Assembly (NCBI GenBank): GCA_016208235.1
Contig: JACQYN010000118.1
Location: forward strand, 11,891 to 75,890
Source: Deltaproteobacteria bacterium
GTDB taxonomy: Bacteria > Desulfobacterota > Desulfobaccia > Desulfobaccales > 0-14-0-80-60-11
DNA: 64,000 nt
Direction: 5' to 3'
Positions 61,939 through 64,000 of the stretch are shown here, piece by piece. Each line of letters opens with the position of its first letter. Positions within the stretch are counted from its first letter, which is position 1. The notes below the pieces were generated by a model, which ran no database searches, was not told the DNA's origin, and saw only the letters and a program-made list of their open reading frames with translations. The translations under genes were made by a program, and so were the position numbers.

Positions 61939-62816
61939 TGGTCGCTCTCAGGTGGCTGATCCAGACCGTGGTGGCTCTGGGAACCAACGCTTATCTGCTC
62001 TTTCCCTGGGGCTCGGTGATCTACCAGGGCCCCTTGAAGGCGGTGTGCCATCCGGGCCTCAATTGCTATTCCTGCCCCGCGGCCCTGCTCTCCTGCCCGG
62101 TAGGCGCGGTGCAGAATTTTGTCGCCAGCCTGCGTTATATTACCCCGGGCAGCATCCCGCACCTGGGGGCCATGGTGGTGGGCTATCTGGGGTTCATCGG
62201 CACCCTGGTGGGCCGCCTGCCCTGTGGTTGGCTCTGTCCTTTCGGCTTCATCCAGGACCTGCTCAACAAAATTCCCTCGCCCAAGTTCAATCTCTGGGCC
62301 CCCTTGAGGTGGGTGAAATACGGGGTGCTGGTGGTGATGGTGATCCTCATGCCCTTCTTCCTGCTGGATCAATATGGTTTGGGGCAACCCTGGTTCTGTA
62401 AGCTGCTTTGCCCCGCGGGCACCATGTTGGGGGCGCTCCCCCTGGTGGCCCTCAAACCTGCACTGTGGACCACCCTGGGTTTTTACTTCTGGAACAAGAT
62501 CACCATTTTGGTGGCCATCGTCATTCTGGCCATTTTTATCAGCCGCCCCTTCTGCCGCATCCTTTGCCCCCTGGGAGCTTTTTACAGTTTATTTACCCGG
62601 ATGACCCTGGTGCAATTGGAGTTTATCGAGGGAAATTGCGTCGAATGCCGGGCCTGCGTGCGGGTCTGCCCCACCGGGGTAGCGCCCCATGAACAGAGAG
62701 ACAGCCGGGAATGCATCATGTGTCTGAAGTGCCTGGACGCCTGCCAGTTCCGGGCCCTGGGCTTCGGTCTGAGGCGGCCTTTGCCGCCGCCCAAGGAGTC
62801 CCATATTCACCCCTGA
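61938..62816 (+). CDS. NapH/MauN-like integral-membrane polyferredoxin (4Fe-4S binding protein)
   Basis: Repeated CxxCP motifs (CYSCP, CGWLCPFG, CKLLCPAG, CRILCPLG) plus two ferredoxin motifs CVECRACVRVCP and CIMCLKCLDAC. The track start 61935 is a TTG; the ATG is at 61938. Confidence 0.8.
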   Translation: MVALRWLIQTVVALGTNAYLLFPWGSVIYQGPLKAVCHPGLNCYSCPAALLSCPVGAVQNFVASLRYITPGSIPHLGAMVVGYLGFIGTLVGRLPCGWLCPFGFIQDLLNKIPSPKFNLWAPLRWVKYGVLVVMVILMPFFLLDQYGLGQPWFCKLLCPAGTMLGALPLVALKPALWTTLGFYFWNKITILVAIVILAIFISRPFCRILCPLGAFYSLFTRMTLVQLEFIEGNCVECRACVRVCPTGVAPHEQRDSRECIMCLKCLDACQFRALGFGLRRPLPPPKESHIHP

Positions 62817-62908
62817 ATAATAGGGCAAAAAATACTTGACACGGATTTTTGTTTAAGCCATTATATAAGCTACAGATTTAGCCGCTAACAAAAGGTTAGA
62901 ACAAGCCT

Positions 62909-63202
62909 ATGGCCCTCACCAAAGAAAAATTGATCAGCCGTCTGCAGACCCAGGTAGGTCTGAGCAAACAAGAATCCCGGGCAGTGGTGGAACGGGTCCT
63001 GGACCTCATGAAGGATTCCTTGGCCCGGAGTGAAGACCTGCTCATCAGCGGCTTCGGCAAGTTCTCGGTCAGGCAGAAAAACGCCCGCCGGGGCAGAAAC
63101 CCTCAAACCAAAGAAAATCTCATCCTGCGAGCCCGCAAGGTGGTGGTGTTCAAGACCTCCGGGGTGCTGCGCAACCGCATCAACGGCATCAGGTCCACCT
63201 AA
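62909..63202 (+). CDS. integration host factor / HU-family DNA-binding protein
   Basis: 97 aa. MALTKEKLISRL...GFGKFSVRQKNARRGRNPQTKENLILRARKVVVFKTS is the classical IHF/HU fold signature. Confidence 0.9.
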   Translation: MALTKEKLISRLQTQVGLSKQESRAVVERVLDLMKDSLARSEDLLISGFGKFSVRQKNARRGRNPQTKENLILRARKVVVFKTSGVLRNRINGIRST

Positions 63203-63333
63203 TTCGCCCCCTGGGTACCAGCGCCTGAAACAGGGAATACTCCCGATTCCTCCCCTGAAAATCAGGGGTGGATCTCGGGTTCAGGCCCATTTCGAGCCCC
63301 TTTGAGGCCCCCGACCATGGAAGGCAAAGGCAG

Positions 63334-64000
63334 ATGAGGACCGGCCCGCCGCCCTGGCTGTGCCGGCAGTGCAGCCGCCGCGCTTTTCTCCAGAGCAGCG
63401 CCTGCGCCCTGGCCCTCCTGGCCCTGCCACCTGCCCCCGCTCCGGCCCAGGAGATGCGCTCCGGCTTCATTCAACCCCACCCTGCCCTCTACTACCACGC
63501 CGTGGCCAAAGGCCTGGTGGAATGCCGGCTCTGCCCCCGCAAATGCGAGGTTAAGGATGGAGAACGGGGAGATTGCCTGGTCCGGGAAAACCGGGGCGGG
63601 AAATATTTCACCCTGGTTTACGGCAACCCCTGCGCGGTGCATCTGGACCCCATTGAGAAAAAGCCCTTTTTCCACGTCCTCCCGGGCACCCTGTCCTTCT
63701 CTATCGCCACTGCGGGATGCAACCTGCACTGCAGGTTCTGCCAGAACTGGGAGATCTCCCAGGCCCGGCCGGAAAAGACCTACAACTTCGTTCTCCCCCC
63801 GGAAAAGGTGGTGGCCGCGGCCCAGGAAGGAAAGTGCCCCTCCATCGCCTACACCTACGTGGAGCCCCTGATCTTTTATGAATACATGCTGGACACGGCC
63901 CGCCTGGGGAAGAAAGCGGGCCTCCTCAACACCTGCCACTCCGCGGGCTACATCAATACCGAGCCCCTACAAACCCTTACGGAAGTCCTGGACGCGGCCT
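63334..64000 (+). CDS. radical SAM enzyme (PflA-like / AmmeMemoRadiSam-type) with Tat signal peptide, 3'-partial
   Basis: Not in the ORF track because it runs off the window. My translation from ATG 63334: MRTGPPPWLCRQCSRRAFLQSSACALALLALPPAPAPAQE...ECRLCPRKCEVKDGERGDCLVREN...DPIEKKPFFHVLPG...GCNLHCRFCQNWEIS. Confidence 0.8.
   Translation, partial: MRTGPPPWLCRQCSRRAFLQSSACALALLALPPAPAPAQEMRSGFIQPHPALYYHAVAKGLVECRLCPRKCEVKDGERGDCLVRENRGGKYFTLVYGNPCAVHLDPIEKKPFFHVLPGTLSFSIATAGCNLHCRFCQNWEISQARPEKTYNFVLPPEKVVAAAQEGKCPSIAYTYVEPLIFYEYMLDTARLGKKAGLLNTCHSAGYINTEPLQTLTEVLDAA

Noticed and set aside
63262-63939. 225-aa minus-strand ORF
   Set aside because: It is antisense to the Tat-signal radical SAM ORF, which has clear CX3CX2C and DPIEKKP motifs in frame 1 of the plus strand.
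1-64000. tRNA, rRNA, tmRNA, integrase, transposase and prophage genes
   Set aside because: No T-loop-like GGTTCGAATCC-type sequence in a cloverleaf context was noticed. No rRNA-like conserved blocks were seen. No ORF had recombinase or transposase motifs. tRNAscan-SE, Infernal and ISfinder searches would be needed for certainty.

Overview
This is a GC-rich bacterial chromosomal window (about 60% or more by eye). Several short low-GC patches stand out: 2570-2920, 25480-26400, 31114-31440, 44400-45420 and 48935-49330. The gene content (many radical SAM enzymes, TusA/DsrE-like sulfur carriers, HD-GYP signalling, a short aconitase) suggests an anaerobic Thermodesulfobacteriota or deltaproteobacterium-like organism, but I cannot verify that here. 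The core content is a near-complete dcw cell-division/cell-wall cluster at 32066-50619: mraZ-rsmH-ftsL-ftsI-murE-murF-mraY-murD-ftsW-murG-[insertion]-murC-ftsQ-ftsA-ftsZ. Other genes include copA with a YHS-domain gene, glgA, speE, an ECF-like S component with a duplicated ATPase, a nitrilase-family hydrolase, a sigma-70 gene overlapping a DksA/TraR gene, aconitase, an aldehyde dehydrogenase, an acyl-ligase/ACP/acyltransferase fusion, a multi-PAS HD-GYP sensor, and an ArsR-TusA-DsrE/F/H-like-DsrE2/3-like operon. There are five radical SAM genes, one with a Tat signal peptide. No rRNA, tRNA, CRISPR array, integrase or transposase was recognised. The most unusual feature is the intergenic DNA. 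Almost every spacer is filled with several families of palindromic repeats nested inside one another like Russian dolls. Their outer arms are usually unrelated short tandem arrays that share a 7-nt period. One repeat family forms perfect ~46-bp inverted repeats (by hand comparison) around a low-GC DUF559 (Vsr-like endonuclease fold) gene inserted between murG and murC. I propose this as a REPtron-like nuclease-plus-repeat system. Other notable points are a sigma factor lacking the region 4.2 recognition helix, an ATPase gene with no canonical start codon, an unlisted 43-aa CXXC membrane ORF, and a frameshifted isochorismatase-family pseudogene. All functional calls rest on motifs read by eye and family knowledge from memory. 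No searches were run.
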